From: Octopus bimaculoides
Lineage: Eukaryota
DNA: 64,000 bases
NCBI RefSeq assembly: GCF_001194135.2
Contig: NC_068992.1
Location: forward strand, 57,900,179-57,964,178
Direction of reading: 5' to 3'
In this document: positions 1 through 10,872 of the stretch, piece after piece
Layout: the number at the start of each line of letters is the position of its first letter
Numbering within the stretch: position 1 is the stretch's first letter
Made by a program: the position numbers and the translations under genes
The notes under the pieces: model-generated
The model's input: the letters and a program-made list of their open reading frames with translations, nothing else
The model's database searches: none
Told to the model about the DNA's origin: nothing

Positions 1-444
1 ACAATAAATTATTTATACTGAAAAAAAATTGTTATTAAATAATATTTTTTTCCATGGCTTATTTTTCTGCACATTTTTTTACATTACATTTGATTTTTTT
101 CATCTTTTTTCTTAATGCTCCACCCACCTTGTTTTTTTTTTTTTATATATGTATTATCATCTGTTGTTTCCTCCTTTATGATCCACTTCTATTTTCACTA
201 TTCACATAATTCAGTTCTGTTGTCACCTCTATCATTTGTCTATCTCTCCTTTCACACTTTTGCAAACCTGGCTATGGATACATCTGGCCATCCTTGATTC
301 TCTGTCCACCTTCTTATTCCTTGAAGGTATGCTCAGAAACCACAACACCAAGATGGTGGCCTTTGATCAAAGGTCTGTTTGGTGATGAAGGTCCAACTAA
401 GACGAAATAACAACAACAACATTAGATTTGTAGAAAAAATATTT

Positions 445-557
445 TTAATCATCACTAAATGTTATTTTTTTACCTTGAAATGCAGTTACACCTGATATTT
501 CTAGTTTTCTTTTACGACTGGCTTCCCAAGAAGGGTGTAACTTTTTACTGGAAACAC
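445..557 (-). CDS. SRFBP1: SRFBP1 last coding exon (exon 7 of 7)
   Basis: Acceptor ttacttgcag| at 558, phase 1. Translates (G)[36 protein letters not shown], matching the SRFBP1/Bud22 C-terminal motif LHPSWEAS..K.....FQGKKITF.D. Stop TAA at 447-445. Absent from the ORF track. Confidence 0.95.
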
Positions 558-636
558 CTGCAAGTAATTTTACGAAAACAGAAATTAATCTTTTCTTGAT
601 TGTAAGTTATTGCAGAATTGTAGACAACACATAGTT

Positions 637-799
637 GGTGCAGGCATGGCTGTGTGGTGAGAAGTTTGCTTCCCAATCACATGGTTCTGAGTTAAGTCCC
701 ACTGTGTGGCACCTTGAGCAAGCATCTTCTATTATAGCCTTAGGCCTACCAGAGCTTTGTGAGTGGATATGGGAGATGGAAACTGAAAGAAGGCCATCA

Positions 800-841
<42 letters not shown>
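637..841 (+). mobile_element. SINE family A, 5' half
   Basis: tRNA-like head ggtgcaggcatggctgtgtgg...gagttaagtccc, ending in (TA)n. More than 20 related copies in this window. Confidence 0.8.
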
Positions 842-844
<3 letters not shown>

Positions 845-981
845 TGTATTTGGTTTGCAAGATTCTTGATTTGAATTCGTGTAGTGGAGTAACTAACCCA
901 ATAACAGCAAAGGACTGAACCAGTGCATATTTATTATTATTACTGGCATAATGCCCCTCCCAAGGTTCAATAGTATGTATG

Positions 982-1122
982 CGACGTGCAACCAAGAGAA
1001 TACCCTCCATCAGGCATTTGCCATATTCTGAACACCTTACTTCCCTGGGTATGGATACATTGAAACTCCGACGTCTGGCGGCTGACTTGGCAGACGCCCA
1101 TAAAATTATTAACCATCTTACT
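982..1122 (+). mobile_element. CR1-type LINE ORF2 C-terminal fragment
   Basis: RRATKRIPSIRHLPYSEHLTSLGMDTLKLRRLAADLADAHKIINHL matches the QRRATK.IP....LPYEERL..L.L.TLE.RR...DL...YKI pattern. Confidence 0.8.
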
Positions 1123-1127
1123 TGACA

Positions 1128-1370
1128 CAGCAGCCGTGGGCTGGAAGAGGCCTCATGGCAGGCCCTTTACCAGATGGCTGGACATGATTAAGGAAGATCT
1201 ACAAAGACTCCATGTCTTCTTGGAGGATGCAGAGGGGCTGGCACAGAACACCAGCAACAGAGAGCCCTGGTGGATTTGGCTGGCTCTATGCATCATGATA
1301 TCTCTGAGACCACTAAACCCAGGATGACTCCAGCCCCATCAAGCAAGAGCATGAAGTGAAGCGAAGCGAG
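1128..1370 (+). mobile_element. RTE-like LINE 3' fragment
   Basis: GWKRPHGRPFTRWLDMIKEDLQRL...LAQN..REPW resembles the WKRPRGRP..RW.D.I..DL...A.DR..W C-terminus. Short-repeat tail (aagtg/aagcg). Confidence 0.7.
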
Positions 1371-1716
1371 ATACACATGCATTTATATACGATGGGCTTC
1401 TTTCAGTTTCCTTCTGCCAAAACCACCCACAAAGCTTTCGTCAACCAAAGGCAACAGCAGAAGACAACAGCCTGAGATGCTTCACGATGGGAATGAACAC
1501 ACAACCACTTTGTGGGGAAATGGACTTTTTAACTAAACATCCATACCTGTGCTTATAAACAAACAAACATAGAAAATCAAAGCAACTTGATTGGCTTCTC
1601 TCAGATTTCCTTCGCCGTGAAAGGAAACATCTCAAAGAGTGAAGCAGTGAATGAAAGATACAACAATGTCAGGTAAAAGTTCAAATCAAGGTGAGGAAGT
1701 AAAAACAAAAAATTAC

Positions 1717-2150
1717 CTTTGTTGCTTATTGTATTTGAGTTTCCTTTCTCAAATGACTTTCTTTCATGAAAATCTCTTTTGTTAGTAAAAGTATCATTGT
1801 TCATCTTGTTATCATTTCTTCCAAGCTGTCTATTTCCGAAGTCTTCTCTTCCCCCTCGACCCCTTCCATTACCTGCGTCTTCTCTTCCCCCTCGACCCCT
1901 TCTGTATCCTGAGTCTCCTTCTCTTCCTCCTCCTCGACCCCTTCTTCCTTGGTTAAATCCTTCTTGATTATGTCTACCGTCTCTCCCTTGGCCTCGGCTA
2001 TATCCTGCACCTCTCCCTCTGTACCTTGCATTGTCTTGGTCTCCGTATGACGATGTTCCTCGCCCACCTCCGCCTCTTTTTCCATACTCAGAATAACTTG
2101 GTCGACCAAACGCTGAGCCATAACCACTCCTGCCACGCCTGCCACCGAAT
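1717..2150 (-). CDS. SRFBP1: SRFBP1 coding exon 6, RGG/GR-rich
   Basis: ttactttcag| acceptor at 2151 and AAAG|gtaatt donor at 1716. Phases 2 to 1 fit both neighbouring exons. Lies within ORF 1601..2167 (FGGRRGRSGYG...NTISNK). Confidence 0.88.
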
Positions 2151-2192
2151 CTGAAAGTAAAACACATTTGATATTATAAATACATGCATATA

Positions 2193-2521
2193 TTCTTTTA
2201 CTTGTTTCAGTCATTAAGACTGCGGCCATGCTGGGGCACTCCTTTGAAGAAGTTTAGTCGAATGAATCAACCCCAGTGCTTTTATTCTGTCATTCTCTTT
2301 GGCTGAACTGCTAACTTATGGAAATGTAAAAACACCAACACCAGTGGGGGACAAACAGACACACACATATATGATAGGTTTCTCTCAGTTTCCATCTACC
2401 AAATCCACCCACAAGGCTTTGGTCAGCCCAAGGCTATAGTAGAAGACACTTGCTCAAGTGACTGAACCCAGAACCATGTGGTTGGGAAGCAAGTTTCTTG
2501 CCACACAGCCACACCTTTGCC
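2193..2521 (-). mobile_element. SINE family A
   Basis: Reverse of head tggctgtgtgg..ggttcagtc and tail aaatgactgaaacaagtaaaaga. Lies in SRFBP1 intron 5. Confidence 0.85.
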
Positions 2522-2552
2522 TATATAATATACAGTATATACACTATATATA

Positions 2553-2769
2553 TCATCATCATCATCATCGTTTAACGTCCGCTTTCCATGCTAGCATGGG
2601 TTGGACGATTTGACTGAAGACTGGTGGACCAGGAGGCGACACCAGGCTCCAATCTGATTTGGCAGAGTTTCTACAGCTGGATGCCCTTCCTAACGCCAAC
2701 CACTCCGCGAGTGTAGTGGGTGCTTTTACGTGCCACCGGCACGAGGGCCAGTCAGGCGATACTGGTGTG

Positions 2770-2770
<1 letters not shown>
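2553..2770 (-). mobile_element. Retroposon family B
   Basis: catcatcatcgtttaacgtccgctttccatgctagcatggg...gccagtcaggcgatactgg. Confidence 0.85.
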
Positions 2771-2811
<41 letters not shown>

Positions 2812-3632
2812 ATCAGCACAGCATCATCATCATCATCTCTTAACATCTACTTTTCTATGCTTGCATGGGTCAGACAAAATTTGCTGAGGTAGACTTTTCT
2901 GTGACCAAATGTTCTTCTTGTCACCAACCTTCACTGTGTTTAACCGTTATTTATTAAACCCACTGATTACATTTTAAATTATAACATTTAAATACAAAGA
3001 AACAGAAAAAGAAAAGGAGAAAAAAAAAGAGGGATTTAACCCTTTAGCATTCAGATTATTCTGTTAAATGGAATCCTTATTTATTCACATTATTTTGAAT
3101 TGCTCATGGATTTACCTTGTAACTTTCAGATTGCTCTGGTGCGACTGTTTGTGTTTAGAATGACATTGTAGGGTAAGTATGATATGCCAGATCTGGCCAG
3201 TTTGAACATAAAACAGGAAGAATATTTGGTCCAGATATAGCTGGTTTAGTCCAAGCCAGTGAGAAAGAGAGCCTCTCTATAGTCATTCAATGTTAAATAC
3301 AGTAGACGAATCTCTCTCCAATGACATCCATTTTAAAAAGATGAAAAAGATGGCCAGTCACATTGGATAAAGTAGGCCTTGAAGCACTAACAGAAATCAT
3401 AGTTGTGGATGCTTTGAGACTAAACAAATAGAAAACCAACAAAATATTTCTTTGCTGAGGGATGCAGCCATACCGGCCTTGTTTAAAATGTAATATTCTA
3501 CTCATTGGCTTTACTGGCAACAAAAAGGAATGTCTCAAAATAGAAGATGTATCAGATGACAATTTCAAAGCTGCTCCTATACAAGTCAAATATTCTACTA
3601 ACATGTTACTAACGAAATAAATGTATATTTAC

Positions 3633-4522
3633 CGTATTCCTTCTGTTGTTGAATCTATTGGGTCAGAGAGAGTCAGAAACATAGAATGGTTAGCAAATAC
3701 TGGAGTGTCATTGTCTTCATCTTGGAAATTTCTCGAAGAGTCTTCAGAGAAATCAGTTACATGTGATTCTGTGGCAAAAAGATCACGTTCTATCGTTTGA
3801 TTGCCATCTGAAGAATTTGTCCCCAACAAATCATTGCTGACAGAATTTTGGCTGCCAAAAATATCATCGTTCCCAAAATCATCCAGATTAATTCTTTTTA
3901 CAACCATTTGTTTTTTGTTTTTGTTTGTTGCGGCATCTTTTACATTTCCATTATTTGTGCTTTCTTTACATTGTTTGTTTTTTGATTTTACATCCAGTTT
4001 CGCTTTTTGCTTTGGTTTTACACTTGTCACCTGTGTATCTTTAGATTTTAATTCATTTTCCTCTTTACATTTCGATTTAACACCTGTCACCTGTTTGTCT
4101 TTCGATTTCACACCTGCTTCTTTAACTTTTTTGATCTCTTTCACATTCGATTCAGATGGTATGTTTTCTTTAGGCTGCTTTGAAGAATCCTCGTTGCATT
4201 CTTGCATCAAAGTCTTACCCCCTGAGGCGACCTCCTCTTCCTCTTCCCCATCCTCCCCATCACCGTCACTTGCCATTTCATTAGCTTTTTCATCAAGGAA
4301 GTTGGATATCAAAGCTTTCTTTGCCCGAATATTTACTTTCTTTTCTGCTTTACTTTTAGTGTTTTTGTTCTTCTTAATCTGACGACCAGTACTTTGTGTC
4401 TGAAGGAAAGCAGCTAAAGACTTCCAATCCGGATGGTTTTCCCGGAATTCGGCTACAGACTTCTGGAGCTGGGATTCATTTGCGAAGCGTGCCAATGTTC
4501 GGCTCTCAATAGTCTGAAATCC
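3633..4522 (-). CDS. SRFBP1: SRFBP1 coding exon 5 (890 nt)
   Basis: ttgacag|GGA acceptor and CG|gtaaat donor. Begins GFQTIESRTLARFANESQLQKSV, aligning by eye to the SRFBP1 segment STATERAIARLA.HP.L, then acidic and Lys-rich low-complexity linker (ORF 3629..4495). Confidence 0.9.
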
Positions 4523-5015
4523 CTGTCAATCCAAAAAAAAGAATATCATTTGTCTTAAGAAACTACATCATAAGAACTACAACTAACATTATCATTACTT
4601 GACATCCACTCTTCAATGCTAGCATGTGTCAGATGGAATTTGTTGAGGCAGATTTTCTATGGCTAGATACCTTTCTGTTGCCAACCTTCACCTATTTCCA
4701 AGCAAGATAATATTTCCTTTTTGTCAGACATGTTTCTGAGGAAGATAGGAAATGAACACCATGGCTTGTGTGATGGTGAGGTACAATTATAACTATTGCA
4801 CAATATCAAGACAAGGAGAAACAAACACAAACACACACACACAATGGCCTTCTGTCAGTTTTCATCTACCAAATACTCTCACAAGGCTTTGATTGACCTG
4901 AGGCTATAGTAGAAGGTACTTGCTCAAGCTGCTACACAGTGTTTTTAAGCATACCATGTCCATAAGAGATGTTACCTCCAGACATATACAACAGTAAATT
5001 TGCTTTCAATGATGT

Positions 5016-5357
5016 GTAAAGACCTTCTTCAGTCATGAATGACCATGGGATTGCACCTAGAAAGTTATCCTCCGAGGCTCAAGTCTGGACAAGGTTGTTT
5101 ATGGAAGACCAGCAGTCGCCCATGCATACCGGTCTCCCCTCTCCACGCTACCGATGTTATCCAAGGGAAATGCAAAGGCTGATACAGTTTGACACCAGTG
5201 ATGTCACAACTCATTTCTACAGATGAGTGAACTGAAGTAATGTGAAATAAAGTGTCTTGCTCAAGAATACAACACACAACCCTGTCCGGGAAGTGAACTC
5301 ACTACCTCATGATTGTGGGGGCCTGACGCTTTAACCACTGAGCCATGGTCCTTCACT
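5016..5357 (-). mobile_element. SINE family D
   Basis: Reverse of head gtgaaggaccatggctcagtggttaaag...gagttcacttcc. Long identity with 53005-53330. Confidence 0.82.
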
Positions 5358-5531
5358 TCAATGATATATTTACATTAAATATAATAATAGATGGCTATTT
5401 TTATAAATATATAAATATATATACATATACGGAAGACATAATAAACACTTTTAAATCTAAAAGCTAATGTTTAGTAATTTTAGCTAAAGTAAAAAATGTA
5501 AGCAGATGGAAAAGAAAAAGAGATGCCATAC

Positions 5532-5603
5532 CTTTGCACTAAGCTGAGCAAATGTCAATGTGTTACCCAACACAAACCTAGAAATTGTATCAGGTTTTAA
5601 TTT
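5532..5603 (-). CDS. SRFBP1: SRFBP1 coding exon 4
   Basis: ttttatttttcag| acceptor and AAG|gtatgg donor, phase 0-0. KLKPDTISRFVLGNTLTFAQLSAK resembles SRFBP1 [24 protein letters not shown]. Confidence 0.9.
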
Positions 5604-6375
5604 CTGAAAAATAAAACAAAATTCAAAGTAAGTCGCTGATGAGCCTTCAGAAACAACAAACATTTAAACATTTTCCTGCTTAAAATGGGAGTTTAACCTT
5701 GGAAAGCCCACAACAGTCTATTTTTCAGAGCTCATGGTTCTCTTCTCAAAGTAGTGTTTTGTGGCAGGTTATTCTTCCTGACATCAAACTGTTTTAATTG
5801 CGTCATGCAATATGCAGGGATACTCCAGCTGAGGCAGCCACAGCATCATCATCATCACCATCATTGCATGGGTCAGATGGAATTTGCTGAAGCAGTCTTT
5901 TCTGAGAGTGGGGGCTGCCTTCTTAGCAGCAACCCTCACCTGTCTCCATGCAAGGTAGTATTTCTCCATGGCCAGGCCTGTTTCTAGTTCACCAGGACTA
6001 GAAACAAACAACATTGCTTATATGGCAGTGATTCTAATTTTTAGTCATCACACGATGTCTTGACAAGGGTACACATACACACACACATTGTGCAGGTTGT
6101 TCAGCAAGAAAGTGTAGAATCATCTTTCTCAGATCAGAGAAACTACCAAGAAGTAGAAGAATTGTGCAAATGCCTTCCATTTACTACTTCACAGGGTCAA
6201 CTCGTTTCCCACCTGCATTCTATACTGGGTCTCTCAGAACAGCTAACATGTGGCAGTTGGGTAGATGGAAAAAAAAAAGGGTGACATTTGGCCAAGATAA
6301 TGGGTTTGTTTCAGACCCACACAAATGTAAAAGGAAATTAACAAACAGCAATACATCAAGCATGCTTATAATTAC

Positions 6376-6451
6376 CTTCAAGGCAGCTATTTCTTTTACC
6401 AATGTCTCAGAGTTCTTTTTGTTTTTCTCTGTGTTTTCTGCCTTTTCATTG
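6376..6451 (-). CDS. SRFBP1: SRFBP1 coding exon 3
   Basis: cattacag| acceptor and AAG|gtaatt donor, phase 2-0. (T)NEKAENTEKNKKNSETLVKEIAALK resembles GTEDALLKNQRRAQRLLEEIHAMK. Confidence 0.88.
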
Positions 6452-7220
6452 CTGTAATGAATCAATGTTTGGAATAGAGATAGCCGAAGTAAACTTATAG
6501 ATACACAGTGTCAGAATGAATTACCGACAGGAATTAAATTTTAAAATAAGTCTTAAACACTTAACATGAGATGTATTATGAATAGTTGGAAGAAAAGATA
6601 ACTTAATATAGAAACATTAGGAAATAATCCCAATCCTGTTATAAATTTGGGTGATGTTTCTCTGTCTGTTACGTTTTTATGTTTAACTCCTCCGAGGCCA
6701 TAGGTGCAAGGACAATGAAACTCAAACCAATAACTCTCCTATCTAGTAATTCCCAGGGAATGCCCTAAGGGGGTCTATTTTTTAAGGGCTGCCCAATTGG
6801 GGCCCTACTAATCTCCCTTATTTTTACTGCATTTTAAACTAAATACATGGCATTAGCGACCAAACCGGAGCGATGACAATAAATTTCACACCATGAACTC
6901 CCAGGGAGTATCATAAGGAGGTTCAATTTCTGAAGGGCTGCTTAAATGAAGCCCCACTGACCCCCACTCTATTTTTACTGCATTTACCTCGCTCCTACAC
7001 TTGGTTGCCTTGGGGCTTTTGCAAGGTACATTACAGTGGGACTGAACCTAAGACCATATGGTTAGGGAGCAAGCTTCTCAACCACACAGCCACTCCTGTG
7101 CCTTTATATTTTTACTACATTTGTTCATTACTCTCATTATTTAGAAAACCAAAAGAACAAAAATTAAAATGTTAAAAGAAGGAATTTGATAATGCTGTTG
7201 TCAAACGAAACAAAACGTAC

Positions 7221-7309
7221 GTTGTATTTTTTAACTGCTTCAACTGTCGAATCAATTTGGCCAAAACGTGTGATTTAGATTTCTTAGTCGTCTGTCGCAG
7301 TGTAACAAT
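7221..7309 (-). CDS. SRFBP1: SRFBP1 coding exon 2
   Basis: ttcttacag| acceptor and AC|gtacgt donor, phase 0-2. IVTLRQTTKKSKSHVLAKLIRQLKQLKNT resembles [29 protein letters not shown]. Confidence 0.9.
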
Positions 7310-7688
7310 CTGTAAGAACAAAATGAGATGAAGATTAGTAAGAGATATAAACAAGTTTTATTCTTTGTTGTTCTGAGTTCACAACTGGCCAGAACCAACT
7401 CTGCCATTCATGCCTCAAGGGTCAATAAAATAAAGATTTATCATCATCATCATCATCATCGTTTAACGTCAATTTTCCATGCTGGCATGAGTTGGATGGT
7501 TTGACATGGAGCTGTCCAGACTCCAGCTGTCTGCTGAGGCATGGTTTCTACGACTGGATGCCCTTCCTAAAGCCAACCACTTAACAATGTGCTACATGCT
7601 TTTTACGTGCCACTAACATGGGTGCATTTATGCAGTACTGGCACAGGTGCTTTTTTAAGTGGCACCAGCAGGATTCTTTCTTTCATTT

Positions 7689-8045
7689 TTAACTCTTTCA
7701 ATGCTCAGAATTTTATTACTGTTAACAGCAGAAGCAGTTTTACCCAATGGCTTAAAAAAAAAACAAAACAAGGGAAGACTTTCTCGTATGCTGTAAGAAA
7801 AGACATCCCCAGTGATATTTTCTACATAAAACAATTTTTCAGGTTTTCTAAATTTTTTCACATATTTAATCAAATGTTTTTACAGAGAAAGAATCAAATA
7901 CTTTTAGAGGCGGAAATGAAAACCATACCTAGGAGATACTGATAAAGTATTGCAGAAGCAGAAAATATCAATTCTAATTTTTGGTGGATAATTAACATTA
8001 TTACAGGAATGACCATGAAATTTAATTATACAGTCAAAGGGTTAA
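7689..8045. mobile_element. TTAA-flanked element with imperfect terminal inverted repeats
   Basis: ttaactctttcaatg ... cagtcaaagggttaa (reverse complement ttaaccctttgactg). Confidence 0.55.
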
Positions 8046-9577
8046 TAACTTTGTTAAAGGATCTACAGCCCTTGACAGCTGCAGATCCTCCCACAAGATA
8101 AATCTGACTGACGTTCAGCTGGAACATCTCTGGTCAAGGCCTGCCAGAAAAGATGCGAGCAATAAGAGAAGTTAGAAAATAATAATTCAGGAGACAAAAG
8201 GGTGAAAAAAACAAAAAAATGCAGAAGCTTAGAAGAGAGACATAAAAAGCGTAATGGGAGGGGGAGAAATGGGTGGGTGGAGAGTTGGGACTGGAAAGAG
8301 TGAAGATATAAAACTAATTCAGCTAAATCAGAGGACAAAAAGGCCACGCAAAGAGACAGTGCCTGTGAGCCAGTGGCTGGAGTGTGTTAGTGATAGAGTC
8401 TTTGCCAATTAGTTGAATAGCTTTCTTTTGGATTCAGTTTATGATGTTTGTGTTGCTAGCAGAAACATTTCCAAATGCGCGCAGACGTGGGCGTGTGGTA
8501 AGAAGCTTGCTTCCCAACTACATGATTCCGGGTTCAGTCCCACTGCATGGCACCTTGAGCAAGTGTCTTCTACTATAGCCTTCTACAGGCTGCAGTTTGC
8601 TTAAGACTGATTTAGGACATGTGATAGAGCATTGACCTTCTTGGGACATCCAGACCAATTGATTGGCCCAAGTGGGACAAGCTGAAAGGACTTTGTAAAT
8701 GGTTGGTTTTGAAGTGTGATAGCTAATCAGAGATCATCTTTCAGTAGATGTATCTCGATAGAAAAAAACATTTTGGTCTGTTTGGTTACACATACCAAAA
8801 CACCGTGTCTCAAAAGACTTAACCTCTAATTCAAAAGCAAAGAGTAAGTTCTATCGACCCTGGACAATTCCACTGTCTTCAGAATTGAGGAGATATTTAC
8901 TCAGGTTAGCCCACGCTTTTGCAATTAAATTTCAGTGTGGCAGGTGAAACGATTCACATTCTGTCGACAAGACAATTCACGTAGATCCGGAACTGAGGAG
9001 TTCGTCATATTGACACCTCATTTTCCCCGTATACGTTAGCTCCTAATTCTAAGAGCAATGAAGATGTGAACTCATCCGCGCTAATATGTCACGGATGTTC
9101 ATAATAGGTAGAGCGGCCAGCCAGAAAACTTAGCATCCGCAGTAAGCAAGGAACACCAGGATCATAAATTCACAGCAAACTGTCCCATTCTCTCTGCGTC
9201 CATTTACTTTTCAATTACCAAACCAAGCCCCCTCCACGGTTGTACAGATTCATCCCTTTCCCTGTTGAAGTCAGGTCCACGTTGTAAAGAGGAGGGGATT
9301 GGCTACCAGAGAGAAACGAACAGAGGAAAGGAAACGGAGGAGAGATAACGAAGAGCATTTGAAACAGGAAGAGTCCCCGAATTAATATACTGGATAAAAT
9401 ACTATGATTTTATAGTGGATCACAACGCTACAAATCACTGGACTATGAATAAAATTCTACTAATTACATTCTGGATTATATTTATTATATCATATACATA
9501 CAGTACTTTTATACTTTGATTATAGTTTTCCAAAGTAATCAATGAATAACACGTGCAAACGAGCAACGACAACATAC

Positions 9578-9700
9578 CTTATTATTCAAAGCCACTTTGT
9601 CCAAAGATGACTCTTCTCCAAACTGTTTGCTTTCATCTTTTGTAGTGTTCTCTTTCCGGGAAGCTATATTTTTAGCTTTTATAGCATGTTCAGCAGTCAT
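9578..9700 (-). CDS. SRFBP1: SRFBP1 first coding exon
   Basis: ATG at 9700. MTAEHAIKAKNIASRKENTTKDESKQFGEESSLDKVALNNK followed by donor AAG|gtatgt. L...LNN matches the SRFBP1 N-terminal LNLNNE motif. The 7 exons join to 1797 nt (598 aa + stop) with all GT-AG introns and no internal stop. Confidence 0.85.
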
Positions 9701-10781
9701 TTCGAGAGACTTTAATTAAAACTTACATTCATTAAATTCAAACACGCTGACACACAGCCATATTAGTTTCATATACGAAACTAAGAATATGCCGAAATAT
9801 AAATTTATCCTAGTTATTCATAAAAAGTACATCTCATAACCCGTTTGCTATTTTAGCAATAAGTTCTACTTGTTTAATCGAAATATCATTCAAAGGGAAA
9901 ACAGTATATCAATACCATTTCAATTAATTGTATAATTTTCGTATCATTGCTGAAATGATATATGGTTACATAGAATTGTCTCCCTTGTTTTTAATTAATT
10001 TAGTTTTGTTTCAGAATAAAGTTTGATAACTCTGTGCGTGACTAAATGATTTTTTCTTAGTCTTAACTCGATAAGTTGAAAGGTATCGATTTTCTCCACT
10101 TCCGTACGAAATAATCTAATTTATTAAAAGTAACTTCAAGCTACTTATCAACCACATGGGTCTGGGTTCAGTCCCATTGCGTAGCACCTTGGGCAAGTGT
10201 CTTCTACTATAGTCTCGGGCCGACCAAAGCCTTGTGAGTGGATTTGGTAGACGTATATATATATGTGTGTGTGTGTTTGTGTGTCTGTGTTTGTCCCCCC
10301 AACTTCGCTTGACAACCGATGCTGGTGTGTTTACGTCCCCGTAACCTAGCGGTTTGACAAAAAGAGAACCGATAGAATAAGTACTAGGCTTACAAAGAAT
10401 AAGTCCTGGGGTCGATTTTCTCGACTAAATGCGGTGCCCCAGCATGGCCGCAATCAAATGACTGAAACAAGTAAAAGAGTAAATCTCATTGGAAATTAAA
10501 AAGAAAGTTGACGACAAATTAAAATAGGTCCTCGACAGGTGCGAGAAATCTATCAAAAAAATCTCTATAAAAAGTAAAATTGTATACTGTGCACTTTGTT
10601 GTGTCTTGTTATGCGCATGATACCCCGGTACATGGGAAAATTGTTTTGCTTGAAACGAGTGCGCGGTGGCTAAAATAAAGTTTTGGGATCACTGACGAAG
10701 TTATGACAGTTAGTGAAAAACGGAAAAGAGTTATCTCCCTTGGTGCACGTCAGAGACATTTTGTTGCTTCAAAATGGCGGC
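9701..10781. promoter_or_regulatory. Candidate bidirectional promoter between SRFBP1 and DCTN3
   Basis: Divergent ATGs 1073 bp apart. CpG-retaining segment near 10540-10790. YY1-type motif CAAAATGGCGGC (10770-10781) overlaps the DCTN3 start codon. TSS positions not determinable from sequence. Confidence 0.6.
10139..10483 (+). mobile_element. SINE family A, 5'-clipped, inside the intergenic promoter interval
   Basis: B-box gggttcagtccc, internal (TG)n, tail gactgaaacaagtaaaagagtaaa. Confidence 0.9.
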
Positions 10782-10872
10782 TATATCAGAGTCTGACATT
10801 CTTGAGAAACGGATTGGAATATTGGAGAATCTGGTCTTTGGATTGTCTGATAAGGACACTGAATATCCAAAG
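10774..10872 (+). CDS. DCTN3: DCTN3 (dynactin subunit 3, p22/p24) coding exon 1
   Basis: aaaATGGCG start. MAAISESDILEKRIGILENLVFGLSDKDTEYPK resembles [23 protein letters not shown]. Donor AAG|gtaagt, phase 0. Confidence 0.9.

Noticed and set aside
376-412. Hammerhead-like gTGATGA-ag-gtc(caactaa)gac-GAAA
   Set aside because: C3 is altered and there is no stem III/UH/stem I after GAAA (runs into (CAA)n). Possibly a dead Penelope-like end but not supportable.
1779-2229. ORFs 1801..2229(-) and 1779..1967(+)
   Set aside because: Alternative-frame and antisense readings of the RGG exon; only the RGG frame fits the splice phases.
3801-4382. 193-aa plus-strand ORF
   Set aside because: Antisense shadow of the Lys/Glu-rich SRFBP1 exon 5; Phe/Ser/Leu-rich with no domain signal.
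5633-5660. CTGATGA-gccttca-GAAA (also 10692, 16690(-), 25622, 52559)
   Set aside because: Core words are present but no consistent stems I-III; expected by chance in 64 kb.
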